A stretch of DNA of 64,000 nucleotides from the sequence record MW845759.1. One strand, written 5' to 3'. Positions within the stretch are counted from its first letter, which is position 1. Each line of letters opens with the position of its first letter. The notes under the pieces are model-generated. The model saw only the letters and a list, made by a program, of their open reading frames with translations, made no database searches and was not told the origin of the DNA. The translations under genes were made by a program, and so were the position numbers. This document shows, piece by piece, positions 55,224-64,000 of the stretch.

Positions 55224-56144
55224 ATGAAACCGTTAAACAAAACCTCCGATTTGCTGGTACTGGATCTCATCAACGAAGCGAACGTCGATGCCGACCTCGA
55301 CCTGACCAAAGTCATCCTGCTGCCGCCTGTCGATAACGACGAAGAAGGCGCTGACCGCAACTCCAAGCTGACCGTGAAGGCGCGTAAGAACTCCGGCTTC
55401 ATTAAGACGCAGGATGTGACTTACGACCGCCTGCAGGGTGAAGCATTGTTCCGCAACATCGCCGCGTATCTCGACGTTAAACTGCCGACCTCTTCTACTG
55501 ACCTGCTGGACCAGCTGAACAAACAGTACGGTCTGAAGATTCAGGCAGAAGATATCGTTCCGGCCGCGATCGCGCCGGATACCAACCCGCCACTGACCGA
55601 CCCGGAAGCGGATGCACCGCCTGCTGTGCAACACGTCATTACCTTTAAAGACGACTGCTATGCGTTTAAAGGTGCTATCAACGTACTTATCGGTGAGCGA
55701 CCACAGGTTGGTGAGCGTCTGTCTCTGGTTATTACCAAAACCAAACTGGACGGTCTGCAGTACCCTGATGGCAAAACTGACGAGAAAGGTCAGGCGTACA
55801 TCTACTCTTACGGCACCGACTGCACCGCGATCATGGGCTTCCTCAGCAAGCTGGCTGTAGGGACTCCGCTGGACGACACCGCGACTGCAACCGAGCTGAA
55901 CAAAGTGTTCCCGGAAGAGTGGGTAGCGGTGGCCGGTACTGCCGACTACAACCTGACCGATGCTGATGTGATCTACGCGGGCTCTACTACCGAAACGGTA
56001 CAAGACCCGAACGACCCACAGAAAACCATCACTCAGGATGTCCCGGGTGCGGACATGTCCTTCAACTCCATCGTGAAGCTGAAACTGTCTGACTCTGCGT
56101 GCGCTAACTTCCAGGGCGAGCTGTTCTTGCATTACAACGCATAA
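55224..56144 (+). CDS. tail/baseplate-associated paralog 4
   Basis: RNSKL..YDRL; LNKQYGL; LDGLQYP; LFLHYN. Confidence 0.75.
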   Translation: MKPLNKTSDLLVLDLINEANVDADLDLTKVILLPPVDNDEEGADRNSKLTVKARKNSGFIKTQDVTYDRLQGEALFRNIAAYLDVKLPTSSTDLLDQLNKQYGLKIQAEDIVPAAIAPDTNPPLTDPEADAPPAVQHVITFKDDCYAFKGAINVLIGERPQVGERLSLVITKTKLDGLQYPDGKTDEKGQAYIYSYGTDCTAIMGFLSKLAVGTPLDDTATATELNKVFPEEWVAVAGTADYNLTDADVIYAGSTTETVQDPNDPQKTITQDVPGADMSFNSIVKLKLSDSACANFQGELFLHYNA

Positions 56145-56151
56145 TGCTACT

Positions 56152-56190
56152 CCGGGGGAGATTTCTCCCCCGGTTCATCTGCTATTTTTG
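56152..56190 (+). terminator. hairpin/terminator inside the paralog array
   Basis: ccggggga-gattt-ctcccccgg with a downstream T-rich tract. Confidence 0.6.
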
Positions 56191-56207
56191 ATTAGAAGGA
56201 TGGTATT

Positions 56208-57209
56208 ATGCCAAGCCCATATGCCAAGTCCTCACAGCAACTGTTCTGGGACTTGGTAAATGCATCAAACCCACAGTTGAAGATTCCCTTGTCGGACGCT
56301 AACTGTGTTATTTACGGCTACCCGCAAGCAGTCACCTCAAATGCGGCATCGGGTTATCGCAATACCAAGATTCGTTTGTATGCGAAAATAGGGATGGGTT
56401 ATAAAGGTGAGGTTACTGTCTACTATAACCGCCTGAACATTGCCAGCTTCTTCGTAGGCATCACCCCAACCGTTACCCATTACACCGCAAGCAACCCCGG
56501 GCTGGTAATGGACGTGTTTAATGCGACGTATGGGCTGCAGCTGACGTACGCTAACCGTTATTGGACAGATAGCGTTCCTGCGTGGTCGTTAGGGATGACA
56601 ATTCCAGATATCATGCAGTATGCGAACTCGTACCAAACCGGGTCAGCTGGCGGGGATAACACCAAACGCTATACAACCGCAAACGAGTCACTATGTTGGG
56701 TAGGCGGAACCAACTTCGACATTAATCGTGTTCGTGGCAACCCTGACTACGGTACGTTGATTACGAAGCCTGAGATTGTGACCATGCGTAAAGTGCCGGT
56801 GCAAACGCCTAACACGTACAATACCGCTTTACTGACGTGGGGTTACGATTTCACTGATAAGCAAACCACCATCGCTAACTTCTTATCCTCGCCATCAAAC
56901 CGATCGTACCAGCTGGCATTAGCACAAATGCTGGCAGACGTGACTGGTCTTCCTTTTGCATGGGGGAACGGCGGCGCGGCCGGGGCTTTAGATTTGCAAG
57001 GCTTTACACAGCAGTTGGTGCAGCTGGCCCTCGGAACGCGTTATCACACCAATACAGACGATTTTAACCGCTGTTTAATGTTGTATCGTGACACCACGCC
57101 TTTAGGCGCGGGATGGTCTACCGACGGTTGGCAGGGGTTGAACGGTGATCAGGACGACGTCGACAATACCGTGTTCCGTCACATGGTCTTTATGCACTAC
57201 AACGCTTAA
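56208..57209 (+). CDS. tail/baseplate-associated paralog 5 (divergent)
   Basis: RNTKI..YYNRLNI; FNATYGL; FMHYN; extra W/Y-rich segments. Confidence 0.75.
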   Translation: MPSPYAKSSQQLFWDLVNASNPQLKIPLSDANCVIYGYPQAVTSNAASGYRNTKIRLYAKIGMGYKGEVTVYYNRLNIASFFVGITPTVTHYTASNPGLVMDVFNATYGLQLTYANRYWTDSVPAWSLGMTIPDIMQYANSYQTGSAGGDNTKRYTTANESLCWVGGTNFDINRVRGNPDYGTLITKPEIVTMRKVPVQTPNTYNTALLTWGYDFTDKQTTIANFLSSPSNRSYQLALAQMLADVTGLPFAWGNGGAAGALDLQGFTQQLVQLALGTRYHTNTDDFNRCLMLYRDTTPLGAGWSTDGWQGLNGDQDDVDNTVFRHMVFMHYNA

Positions 57210-57221
57210 CCGGAGTAAGAA

Positions 57222-58112
57222 ATGTCGCGCAATCTTTTTTATTACACCGGTTTAGAGCGAGTGATGCGGGCGATAACATTGGCCAACGGGTTAACTAACC
57301 TGACGACGTCAAACTGCGTTATCTCCAAACCGGCCCCGATTTCAGGCAGTTGGAAAGAGAACACCACCACCAAAAACACGGTTGTGAAAATTTCTCAGAC
57401 TATCCCGGCTGTTACGTACAACGGTAAAAACTGGGTCACGTATGACCGTGTTCCTATAGCGTCAATGCTCAACCTGCTGCCCAACGCCGCTACTCTCAAA
57501 GTGGATTACCCGACAAACGTATACGCGTTGCTGAGAGCGATTAACCGTCGCTGGGGTATCGGGTTGGGGGAAGCGGATGTTATCAACGATCCAATTACAC
57601 TTGATGGGGATGGTAAAGGGACAGTGACAATGATGATTCACCCGGACAGTTATCTGTATACCGGGAGCTTCACGTTTAACATTATCCCAGGCGATGCCAA
57701 CTTGGACGAGAATGTCACAGTGACCACGTTGTCGGGTATGAACTACCCAGACGGTAGCACGACTGCGTTGGCCGGTAGTAAAGGTTATGCCCAACCGTAC
57801 AGCTACAGTTTTGACTTCACGTTGAAAGAAGCCGAGCTGCGTACGCTGAAAGTGGGGACAGACCTTGGTACACTGGCGGATATCCTGACGTACATCACGA
57901 AAACCACGTGGACGAACGGGGCATCGGATGCGGATAACGCTTATACCCTGCTCGGGTCGGAAATCCTGTATAACGGTTTGAACTCGTCCAGTTATCCGAC
58001 CAGTTCCGCCTTTAAGTATCTGGTGATTGTGAAGATGGGTCCACGCTGTAAACTGCAAGGGAACATGTACCTGCAGTTCAACGATAAGGACGACCCGAAC
58101 TCCCCTAACTAA
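57222..58112 (+). CDS. tail/baseplate-associated paralog 6
   Basis: KNTVV..YDRV; INRRWGI; LSGMNYP; MYLQFND. Confidence 0.75.
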   Translation: MSRNLFYYTGLERVMRAITLANGLTNLTTSNCVISKPAPISGSWKENTTTKNTVVKISQTIPAVTYNGKNWVTYDRVPIASMLNLLPNAATLKVDYPTNVYALLRAINRRWGIGLGEADVINDPITLDGDGKGTVTMMIHPDSYLYTGSFTFNIIPGDANLDENVTVTTLSGMNYPDGSTTALAGSKGYAQPYSYSFDFTLKEAELRTLKVGTDLGTLADILTYITKTTWTNGASDADNAYTLLGSEILYNGLNSSSYPTSSAFKYLVIVKMGPRCKLQGNMYLQFNDKDDPNSPN

Positions 58113-58123
58113 CGGAGGCTGCT

Positions 58124-58942
58124 ATGGCGTTGTATAGCCAGTCTCAGCAACAGTACATGGTGGATGCCATTAACGCCCGTAACCCGGGCGCTATCAGTTT
58201 ACTGACCTTGAAGAATTGCTTCATCAGTAAACCGAAGGCTATCACCCCAAAACTACCGGGCGACCCCAACACCGAAATTGTGGTGCGTGGCCGTCCGGGA
58301 AGTGGGTACATCGGTTCGCAAACGTTCCAATATACTCGCTTGTCGCTGAGTGATTTGTTTAAGAACTTCACCCCTGTGATTACGATGCCGGCCATCGGCG
58401 TCACTCAACAGGCGGTAGCCAACATTAACGGGCGTTACGGGTTGAACCTTGTGCCTGAAGATGTGGTGTCGTATTACCTGTACCGTAACTCGTTAAGCCC
58501 CCTGCGGGTGTATGGCACGAGCCTGCAGTACGTGGGTAGCGTGAACATCAAATACGTACCGGGTCCGTACAGTCTGGAAGAACTGGTGGTCAACAACATC
58601 TTAAATGAGATGAACCACCCGATTGACCCGGACGACGGGAAACTCTGCGGTACCATGCTGGCCTACGGTGTGGACTTTACTGATGAGTACCAGTTACTCG
58701 GCTCCTTCGCAACAGGTGCTATGGGCACGGGGTCGAACTTCACCTCGGGGCGCAGTGATTCATTGGTTGACATGATGGAAGCCCGTGGCCTTCCGCGTTG
58801 GGACTTTACCGGCGCGCGAGCGCAGGTTAAAACCACTACCAACGAACCGCGCGCAAATAAAAAGTTCGACCGTGTTCTCGTGATTACGTTAGTCAACGAC
58901 CCTCACGTGGCTGGCGATTGGTTACTCCACTACAATATTTAG
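58124..58942 (+). CDS. tail/baseplate-associated paralog 7
   Basis: PNTEI..YTRLSL; INGRYGL; WLLHYN. Confidence 0.75.
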   Translation: MALYSQSQQQYMVDAINARNPGAISLLTLKNCFISKPKAITPKLPGDPNTEIVVRGRPGSGYIGSQTFQYTRLSLSDLFKNFTPVITMPAIGVTQQAVANINGRYGLNLVPEDVVSYYLYRNSLSPLRVYGTSLQYVGSVNIKYVPGPYSLEELVVNNILNEMNHPIDPDDGKLCGTMLAYGVDFTDEYQLLGSFATGAMGTGSNFTSGRSDSLVDMMEARGLPRWDFTGARAQVKTTTNEPRANKKFDRVLVITLVNDPHVAGDWLLHYNI

Positions 58943-58954
58943 TAGGAAACGAAA

Positions 58955-59833
58955 ATGGCAATTTATCAACCATCGAAAGATGTGCTGTTGGCAGCCGTTA
59001 ATTCGCAGAACTCCCTGACGATTAAACTGACCGACATTACCTACAGCGCACCGAAGGACATTCGTGGAACAGACCAAGAGTCTACCACCCAGCGTAACAC
59101 ACTGGTGAAAATCACGGCAACTCCAACCGGCTCGTGGACAGGCAAAAAGAACCTGTTCTATAACCGTTTGAAAGTTGAAGATATCCAGACCCTGATTGGC
59201 GACACGTTGCAAGTGGGTAGTGTTACGCATCTGCACGATGCGTTAATCGGCCTGAATAACCGTTACGGGTTTGCGTTTGAAACCGCGGATGTGGAAAACA
59301 CAGAACTGGAATGGGAGCCAGATGGTCTGACTGGTTTTCTGGATATCACTGCCAAAACTGACTCACTGGGTTGGATTGGTAGTGCCCGCTTTAAACTGGC
59401 GAAAGGCGATGAGTCACTGCAGTCTGCCGTTACGACCACTACCCTGAACGGTCTGAAGTACCCGAACGGTGACATGGGTTCTGTTGCGCAGACAGCGGTT
59501 ATCGCGGAAATCTATTCTTATCCGTTTGACCATACCGCGAACCGTGATGCGTTGCTGACATACCGGACGGGTGTTTTGGCTGCAGGCGCTGACCTGAACA
59601 ACCTCGTTACGCTGCTGAACGGTATCACGGGTACAACATGGGTAGCAACCAACGCTGCCTCATGGGGCCTGCTGGGTGCAGAAATCACCTATAACGGACT
59701 CAACAAAGCTGAGTTCCCAACTAACACCAAGTACAAGTACGCGATGGCTATCAAGCTGCCTGCGACGACCACGAACATCAAGGGCACCCTGTACGTCCAG
59801 TATAGCGACCCTGACGACCCGAACGAGGTGTAA
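58955..59833 (+). CDS. tail/baseplate-associated paralog 8
   Basis: RNTLV..YNRL; LNNRYGF; LNGLKYP; LYVQYSD. Confidence 0.75.
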   Translation: MAIYQPSKDVLLAAVNSQNSLTIKLTDITYSAPKDIRGTDQESTTQRNTLVKITATPTGSWTGKKNLFYNRLKVEDIQTLIGDTLQVGSVTHLHDALIGLNNRYGFAFETADVENTELEWEPDGLTGFLDITAKTDSLGWIGSARFKLAKGDESLQSAVTTTTLNGLKYPNGDMGSVAQTAVIAEIYSYPFDHTANRDALLTYRTGVLAAGADLNNLVTLLNGITGTTWVATNAASWGLLGAEITYNGLNKAEFPTNTKYKYAMAIKLPATTTNIKGTLYVQYSDPDDPNEV

Positions 59834-59836
59834 TCT

Positions 59837-60664
59837 ATGTTGTCCTACAAAAAGCCCTCTAACGAGCTGGTATACGACCTGATTAACCTCGCCAACCCTG
59901 ACCTGCCGGTTCCGGTTTCTGCTGCTAACGTTATCATCGAGAAAATCACGGAAGTGACGGTGAACGCGGCATCTAACCAACGTAACACTTCGGCCCGTTT
60001 ACGTGGTGTTCAGGGCGCAGGGTATACTGACTCAGTAATCCTGTACTACGACCGCATTAACTTAGCAACCATCATCCCGGTGTACAATCAGTCGAAGGCG
60101 GGGTTCACCACGTTTACGGCGACAAACGTACACGGTGCGCTGGCGGCTATCGAAGAAGCATTCGGTGTCAAGCTCGGTACGATGGATGTGGTGAACACTG
60201 GTTTAGCGGGTGCAAACTCGCCAGACTATTCTTCGCAGTTTACGTTAAGTGCCCAGCCTAACTCCCCGGCTTATCGGGGTTCGCAGGGTGTGCGTTACTA
60301 CCGTGGTAAGCCGGTTCTTGATACGTCCATTACCAAAGATGTGTTGAGTGCGCTGACACATCCTATCGATGAAACTCTCAACAAGAAGTGCGTTGACTTG
60401 TTGACGTATGGTATCGACTTCACGGCGTACAAAAACCTGTTGAACGTTACAGCGGCGGGCCTACCTAACTGGGCAGGTCTGCGTACCGTGCTAGATCAGC
60501 TGGGTATTCCGCAGTACGCGGGCCCCCTGAACTCTAACACTGTGCAGGATGTTGCGACCACCACCATGCCAACGGCGAATAAGAACTTCGACCGTGTTGT
60601 GGTACAGACCGGTATCGACGATGTCGGTGTGAAAGGCGTGGCGTACTACCACTACAACAGTTAA
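59837..60664 (+). CDS. tail/baseplate-associated paralog 9
   Basis: RNTSA..YYDRINL; AYYHYN. Confidence 0.75.
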   Translation: MLSYKKPSNELVYDLINLANPDLPVPVSAANVIIEKITEVTVNAASNQRNTSARLRGVQGAGYTDSVILYYDRINLATIIPVYNQSKAGFTTFTATNVHGALAAIEEAFGVKLGTMDVVNTGLAGANSPDYSSQFTLSAQPNSPAYRGSQGVRYYRGKPVLDTSITKDVLSALTHPIDETLNKKCVDLLTYGIDFTAYKNLLNVTAAGLPNWAGLRTVLDQLGIPQYAGPLNSNTVQDVATTTMPTANKNFDRVVVQTGIDDVGVKGVAYYHYNS

Positions 60665-60668
60665 ACCG

Positions 60669-60695
60669 TGGCCCTTCGGGGCCATTTCTTTTTTT
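60669..60695 (+). terminator. intrinsic terminator (UUCG loop)
   Basis: tggccc-ttcg-gggcca plus T tract. Confidence 0.75.
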
Positions 60696-60705
60696 GGGAG
60701 GCGTT

Positions 60706-62088
60706 ATGGGCCTTTATGGTAAGGCGGCGTTGGATATCCTCGGCGCACTTATTAACCGAGACAACCCGAGTCTAAAAACTCAGTTGAACTCGAGTAATAT
60801 TGTGTTGCTCGGAGGCCCTTACACCACCGGACTAGGAACAAGTGGTCGAAACACCCGTGTTGTGATTAACGGCAAAACCGGGTCGGGCGTGACAGGGAAA
60901 AAAGAATTCTTTTACGACCGATTAAACCTCGGAGATTTGTTTAAGAATTTAACTGTCGTATTTCAAGGTGATAATAAGGTTGTCACTGTCGGGGATTTAT
61001 TACCGGCACTGAATCAACAGTACGGTATTTATTTGACCGCGGACGAAGTGACAAATGCCGGTACGAACTTAGGCTACGGGTACGTCCCAACGGCAGTCAC
61101 CTTCAACATTGCAACCACCAGTCTGGTTTACCGCGGTACCCTGTCAGCGACGTGGACCCGTAAAGCGGCAGGTCTTTACCCTGACTCGGGTCCGGGTTCG
61201 AAAACCATGCTAATGGGCGATATGACCGCCGGCTATTTCGGAACAGTGTCACAAGACGAGATGTTTAACTCGTCCGAAGTGATGCAAGAAATGTTTGCGG
61301 GGAGCCTACCTGCTGGTGTTTCTATTGTGGTTGACCCCGCAATGCTGTGGATAAAGTTCGCGATTGACAACGAAATCGTTTATTTCCCAACGAAGAATAT
61401 TGCCTCCGGTATCAGCTGGAACACGTTGGATACTGCAGGCGCTGTACTCGGTAACCGTAACGTCCCGCTGCTGCTCGAGAAAAACGAGATGCAGTTGTTC
61501 CTACCGCGCATGCCTAAGATGGGTGAGGCTGATCCTATTGAGCCTGTTCGCGGCGACCTAACGTCGGATGCAGCGAGACTGTTCAATAAGGTTCACAACA
61601 GTTCATACGGGACAGCAGTCTGGGACGTTATCTCCACCTTAGACCAGTCACCGTTCTGGTGGAAAAACTCCCGCGTCGGCTTTGAGACATCCGCCTTTGT
61701 AGCGGGTGCGAACCAAGCGAGCATAAACAGCACGGCTAAAACCGGCAACAGCAGCTGGCGACCTCTGTTAAAACTGGTTGACGGTAAAGACTACGTTCTG
61801 CCAATGCGGAACGTGCAGGGCGTGGCGGTAATGCCTGTGCAACGTATCGATTTCTTTATCGATAGTGCGCGTGACCCGAACATGCTGCTGCCTATGGAGA
61901 ACGTTGAAGGTAACCTATACCTGAAATTCCCAGCGCCCGTTAGTTCTGCCCCGGTTTACGACACGATTGCGGCAGTGCCAAACCTGTCAGGGACTAAACC
62001 TATCCAATCTATCGTTGCTAACTTCACAGCGACGTACGATACCCGTTTCAATTTATCAACCGCCAACGCAGAGCTTGACGGCTTTTAA
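60706..62088 (+). CDS. chimeric tail-associated protein (paralog N-module plus GYFG...W.KF domain)
   Basis: RNTRV..YDRLNL..LNQQYGI N-module followed by GPGSKTMLMGDMTAGYFG..WIKF. Confidence 0.75.
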   Translation: MGLYGKAALDILGALINRDNPSLKTQLNSSNIVLLGGPYTTGLGTSGRNTRVVINGKTGSGVTGKKEFFYDRLNLGDLFKNLTVVFQGDNKVVTVGDLLPALNQQYGIYLTADEVTNAGTNLGYGYVPTAVTFNIATTSLVYRGTLSATWTRKAAGLYPDSGPGSKTMLMGDMTAGYFGTVSQDEMFNSSEVMQEMFAGSLPAGVSIVVDPAMLWIKFAIDNEIVYFPTKNIASGISWNTLDTAGAVLGNRNVPLLLEKNEMQLFLPRMPKMGEADPIEPVRGDLTSDAARLFNKVHNSSYGTAVWDVISTLDQSPFWWKNSRVGFETSAFVAGANQASINSTAKTGNSSWRPLLKLVDGKDYVLPMRNVQGVAVMPVQRIDFFIDSARDPNMLLPMENVEGNLYLKFPAPVSSAPVYDTIAAVPNLSGTKPIQSIVANFTATYDTRFNLSTANAELDGF

Positions 62089-62099
62089 AGGATACCGTT

Positions 62100-63116
62100 A
62101 TGGCATTAAAACTTTCATGGGCGAATCCTAACAAGGCCGCCACAGCGATTCGTATTTATCGCAAAGATACCGATTTCGACAGCAGCACTTTGCCTGCGCC
62201 GTTGACCTCAATCGGGCCAACAGAAACCACCTACATCGACACTACCGCAGTCGAAGGTAAAACGTATTACTACGTAGTGGGTACGGTTAGCGCTGTCGAT
62301 GAAGTCTTTACCGCGAGTCAGCGCATTACCGTCACTGATAACCGCGGCGTTGGGCCGGGTGTGTTGGTGGGCGGTGACAACCTCTTAGGCTACTTCGGTC
62401 AAATCCCTACTGAAGACTTTGTTAACAGCAGCGTGCTGTTGGCGGCCGCCGCCAGTGTCACGGGTATCCCTAACGCCCTCCAGACGCCGGCATGGCATAA
62501 GTTCATTCGTAACGGGAAAATCCTTTATTTACCTGACCAGGTTATGGGTAGTACGGATTGGCGCTATTTGTATCAGGCTGGGTTCGTGTTCGGTGTCGAT
62601 GCTAACGGCCCTCCCGGAGCTGTGCTCACCGGTGTAACCCCCACGAATCAGTTGCGTACGTTTGTCTTTAAAGGAAAAACGTATAAGATTCGGCTACTGC
62701 GGGGTTGGGGCGACGGTCCGGAGACAGACATTACTGCTTATAACGGCGGGGCGGGTAACCACGACAATATCGCGAATACTAAGGATAATGAGTTCAACGA
62801 TTTGGTGTATGCATTAAACATGTATACGCCGAACAAGCAGCGCACGCCGAACTTCCTTAACTTAGCGTGGGAAAAATGGATGGGTCAGCCGACCACCAAC
62901 TGGAGCGATACAGCTAGCCTGAACGCGATGATTGCGGCTTATCGTATCACCTGTCAAGAACGTTGGCCTAATGGTAACGTACTGTCTCGTGGCCAACGCG
63001 AGGTTACTTGGGGACCGACTGCCTCACCACACACTCGTGCGCACGTCTCCAACGCTGCAGCTGCCGCCTACACCCAGTCAATGTACTGGTTGCCAGTTTT
63101 AGAACTTGTTGATTAA
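62100..63116 (+). CDS. FN3/Ig-like N-terminal domain virion protein
   Basis: LKLSW.N...IRIYRK...YIDTTA...TYYYVV (FN3 pattern) followed by GPG..GGDNLLGYFG..WHKF. Confidence 0.75.
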   Translation: MALKLSWANPNKAATAIRIYRKDTDFDSSTLPAPLTSIGPTETTYIDTTAVEGKTYYYVVGTVSAVDEVFTASQRITVTDNRGVGPGVLVGGDNLLGYFGQIPTEDFVNSSVLLAAAASVTGIPNALQTPAWHKFIRNGKILYLPDQVMGSTDWRYLYQAGFVFGVDANGPPGAVLTGVTPTNQLRTFVFKGKTYKIRLLRGWGDGPETDITAYNGGAGNHDNIANTKDNEFNDLVYALNMYTPNKQRTPNFLNLAWEKWMGQPTTNWSDTASLNAMIAAYRITCQERWPNGNVLSRGQREVTWGPTASPHTRAHVSNAAAAAYTQSMYWLPVLELVD

Positions 63117-63125
63117 GGGATCAAA

Positions 63126-64000
63126 ATGGGCATTAAATTAAATTGGGTAGACCAGTCTGCCCAAAATCTCGACGCGATTGAGATTTACCGCAGTACCTCG
63201 CCTATCGATTCAGATAACCCCGGTAATCCGATTGCGACCCTACCCGGCAATGCAACCGGTTTTGACGATACGACCGTAAAAAATAAAAATGTTTATTATT
63301 ATCGTGTCGTCGCGAAGAAAGGGGTCGACCGCAGCTGGGGGCCGAACCAATTCACGGGCTATTTCGCGGAAACGGGACCGGGTCGTCCTACGCCGCTGCG
63401 TGGCGATTGGAACGCTGCGCTGATGGATCTCATCGCCCCTGCAGATTTTATTACCAACGTGGCGTTGCGTGCGAAGGTGCCGAGCCTAGCCGCGCTACAG
63501 GCGGGGTCAGAACCCACAGTCTGGTTTAAGATGTTTTCGAAGGGTAAAGTTTTCTTTGTACCTAACGCTAACATCGTTACCGCTTCGTGGGCACAACTTT
63601 ATAACGCTGGGCTCGTATATGGGGTCGACGGTGTCGGTGAACGTCCCGCGACGATTGGTGCCGGCGTTGTGAATCAAAAGGTCACCGTGGATATTGGCGG
63701 TCGCCGTTATTTGATTCGCTGCCCGCGACTCTCTCCGTTGCCGGAAACCTCCTTTGCGGCAGCACAGGCGGATACTATCGGTTCGGAATGGCGCACGACG
63801 ATGGGTCGTATGGTGCGAGAAACAGTAGACCCTCAACCGGGTAGCCTGACGCGACTGTACGACAACACGTCATTGCCAAACTTCTTCGGTACGCATTACG
63901 CGTCCGTTGGTAATATCGTTTCTGTAACCGGGACAAAGCCCGAAACCTACGCCACGACCCCCGGTGGGACGAACATGGCCGTGGGACTGGTATTAGAACT
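63126..64000 (+). CDS. FN3/Ig-like virion protein, paralog of the upstream gene (3' truncated by the window)
   Basis: AAGGG RBS; MGIKLNWVD..IEIYRS..FDDTTV..YYYRVV..GPG..RGDW..WFKMF; open to the window end and absent from the ORF track. Confidence 0.75.
   Translation, partial: MGIKLNWVDQSAQNLDAIEIYRSTSPIDSDNPGNPIATLPGNATGFDDTTVKNKNVYYYRVVAKKGVDRSWGPNQFTGYFAETGPGRPTPLRGDWNAALMDLIAPADFITNVALRAKVPSLAALQAGSEPTVWFKMFSKGKVFFVPNANIVTASWAQLYNAGLVYGVDGVGERPATIGAGVVNQKVTVDIGGRRYLIRCPRLSPLPETSFAAAQADTIGSEWRTTMGRMVRETVDPQPGSLTRLYDNTSLPNFFGTHYASVGNIVSVTGTKPETYATTPGGTNMAVGLVLE

Noticed and set aside
55233-56132. 299-aa antisense ORF over paralog 4
   Set aside because: Same codon-bias shadow effect
63359-63836. 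Two minus-strand ORFs at the window end
   Set aside because: They are shadows of the + strand FN3 paralog that starts at 63126 and runs off the window
52704-64000. Diversity-generating retroelement or invertible fibre cassette
   Set aside because: No reverse transcriptase or invertase in the window, no near-identical TR/VR pair differing at adenines, and no inverted recombination sites; all paralogs are co-oriented and old
1-64000. CRISPR array or tRNA genes
   Set aside because: No regularly spaced repeats with unique spacers. Intergenic gaps are short, and the hairpins seen are terminator-like without cloverleaf, T-loop or CCA features. This was by eye; tRNAscan would be decisive.

Overview
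This 64 kb window reads as part of a phiKZ-like jumbo phage genome (Chimalliviridae-like, resembling the SPN3US/Erwinia jumbo phage type). An enterobacterial host is inferred from a ThyA that closely resembles the E. coli enzyme. Genes are densely packed and almost all on the + strand. (1) 3.6-20.5 kb is a core block: DnaB-like helicase (-), major capsid protein, non-virion RNAP beta-like subunit, portal (-), structural genes and RuvC. (2) 21-52.6 kb is an accessory and metabolic region: endolysin, SLOG/DprA-like protein, PhoH, thymidylate kinase, four clear GNAT-fold genes plus a probable degenerate fifth, ThyA, a MazG-like pyrophosphohydrolase, a BCS1-like AAA ATPase, HslV-like and HslU-like proteins, and two lipoproteins. 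(3) 52.7-64 kb is a tandem array of 12 tail/baseplate-like paralogs. Repeated early-promoter motifs (TATATTAC-type) and many hairpin terminators, often with a UUCG loop, are visible. I saw no tRNA, CRISPR array, intein or mobile element. Top novel candidates: a free-standing 82-aa protein ending in a near copy of the redox-active C-terminal tail of host ribonucleotide reductase alpha (CEGGACKI); a stand-alone NAD-ligase domain-Ia-like protein; an early operon of three tandem-GNAT paralogs; and a BCS1-like plus HslUV-like proteostasis/translocation module. All family assignments come from motif recognition by eye, phiKZ gene numbers are from memory, and no database search was run.
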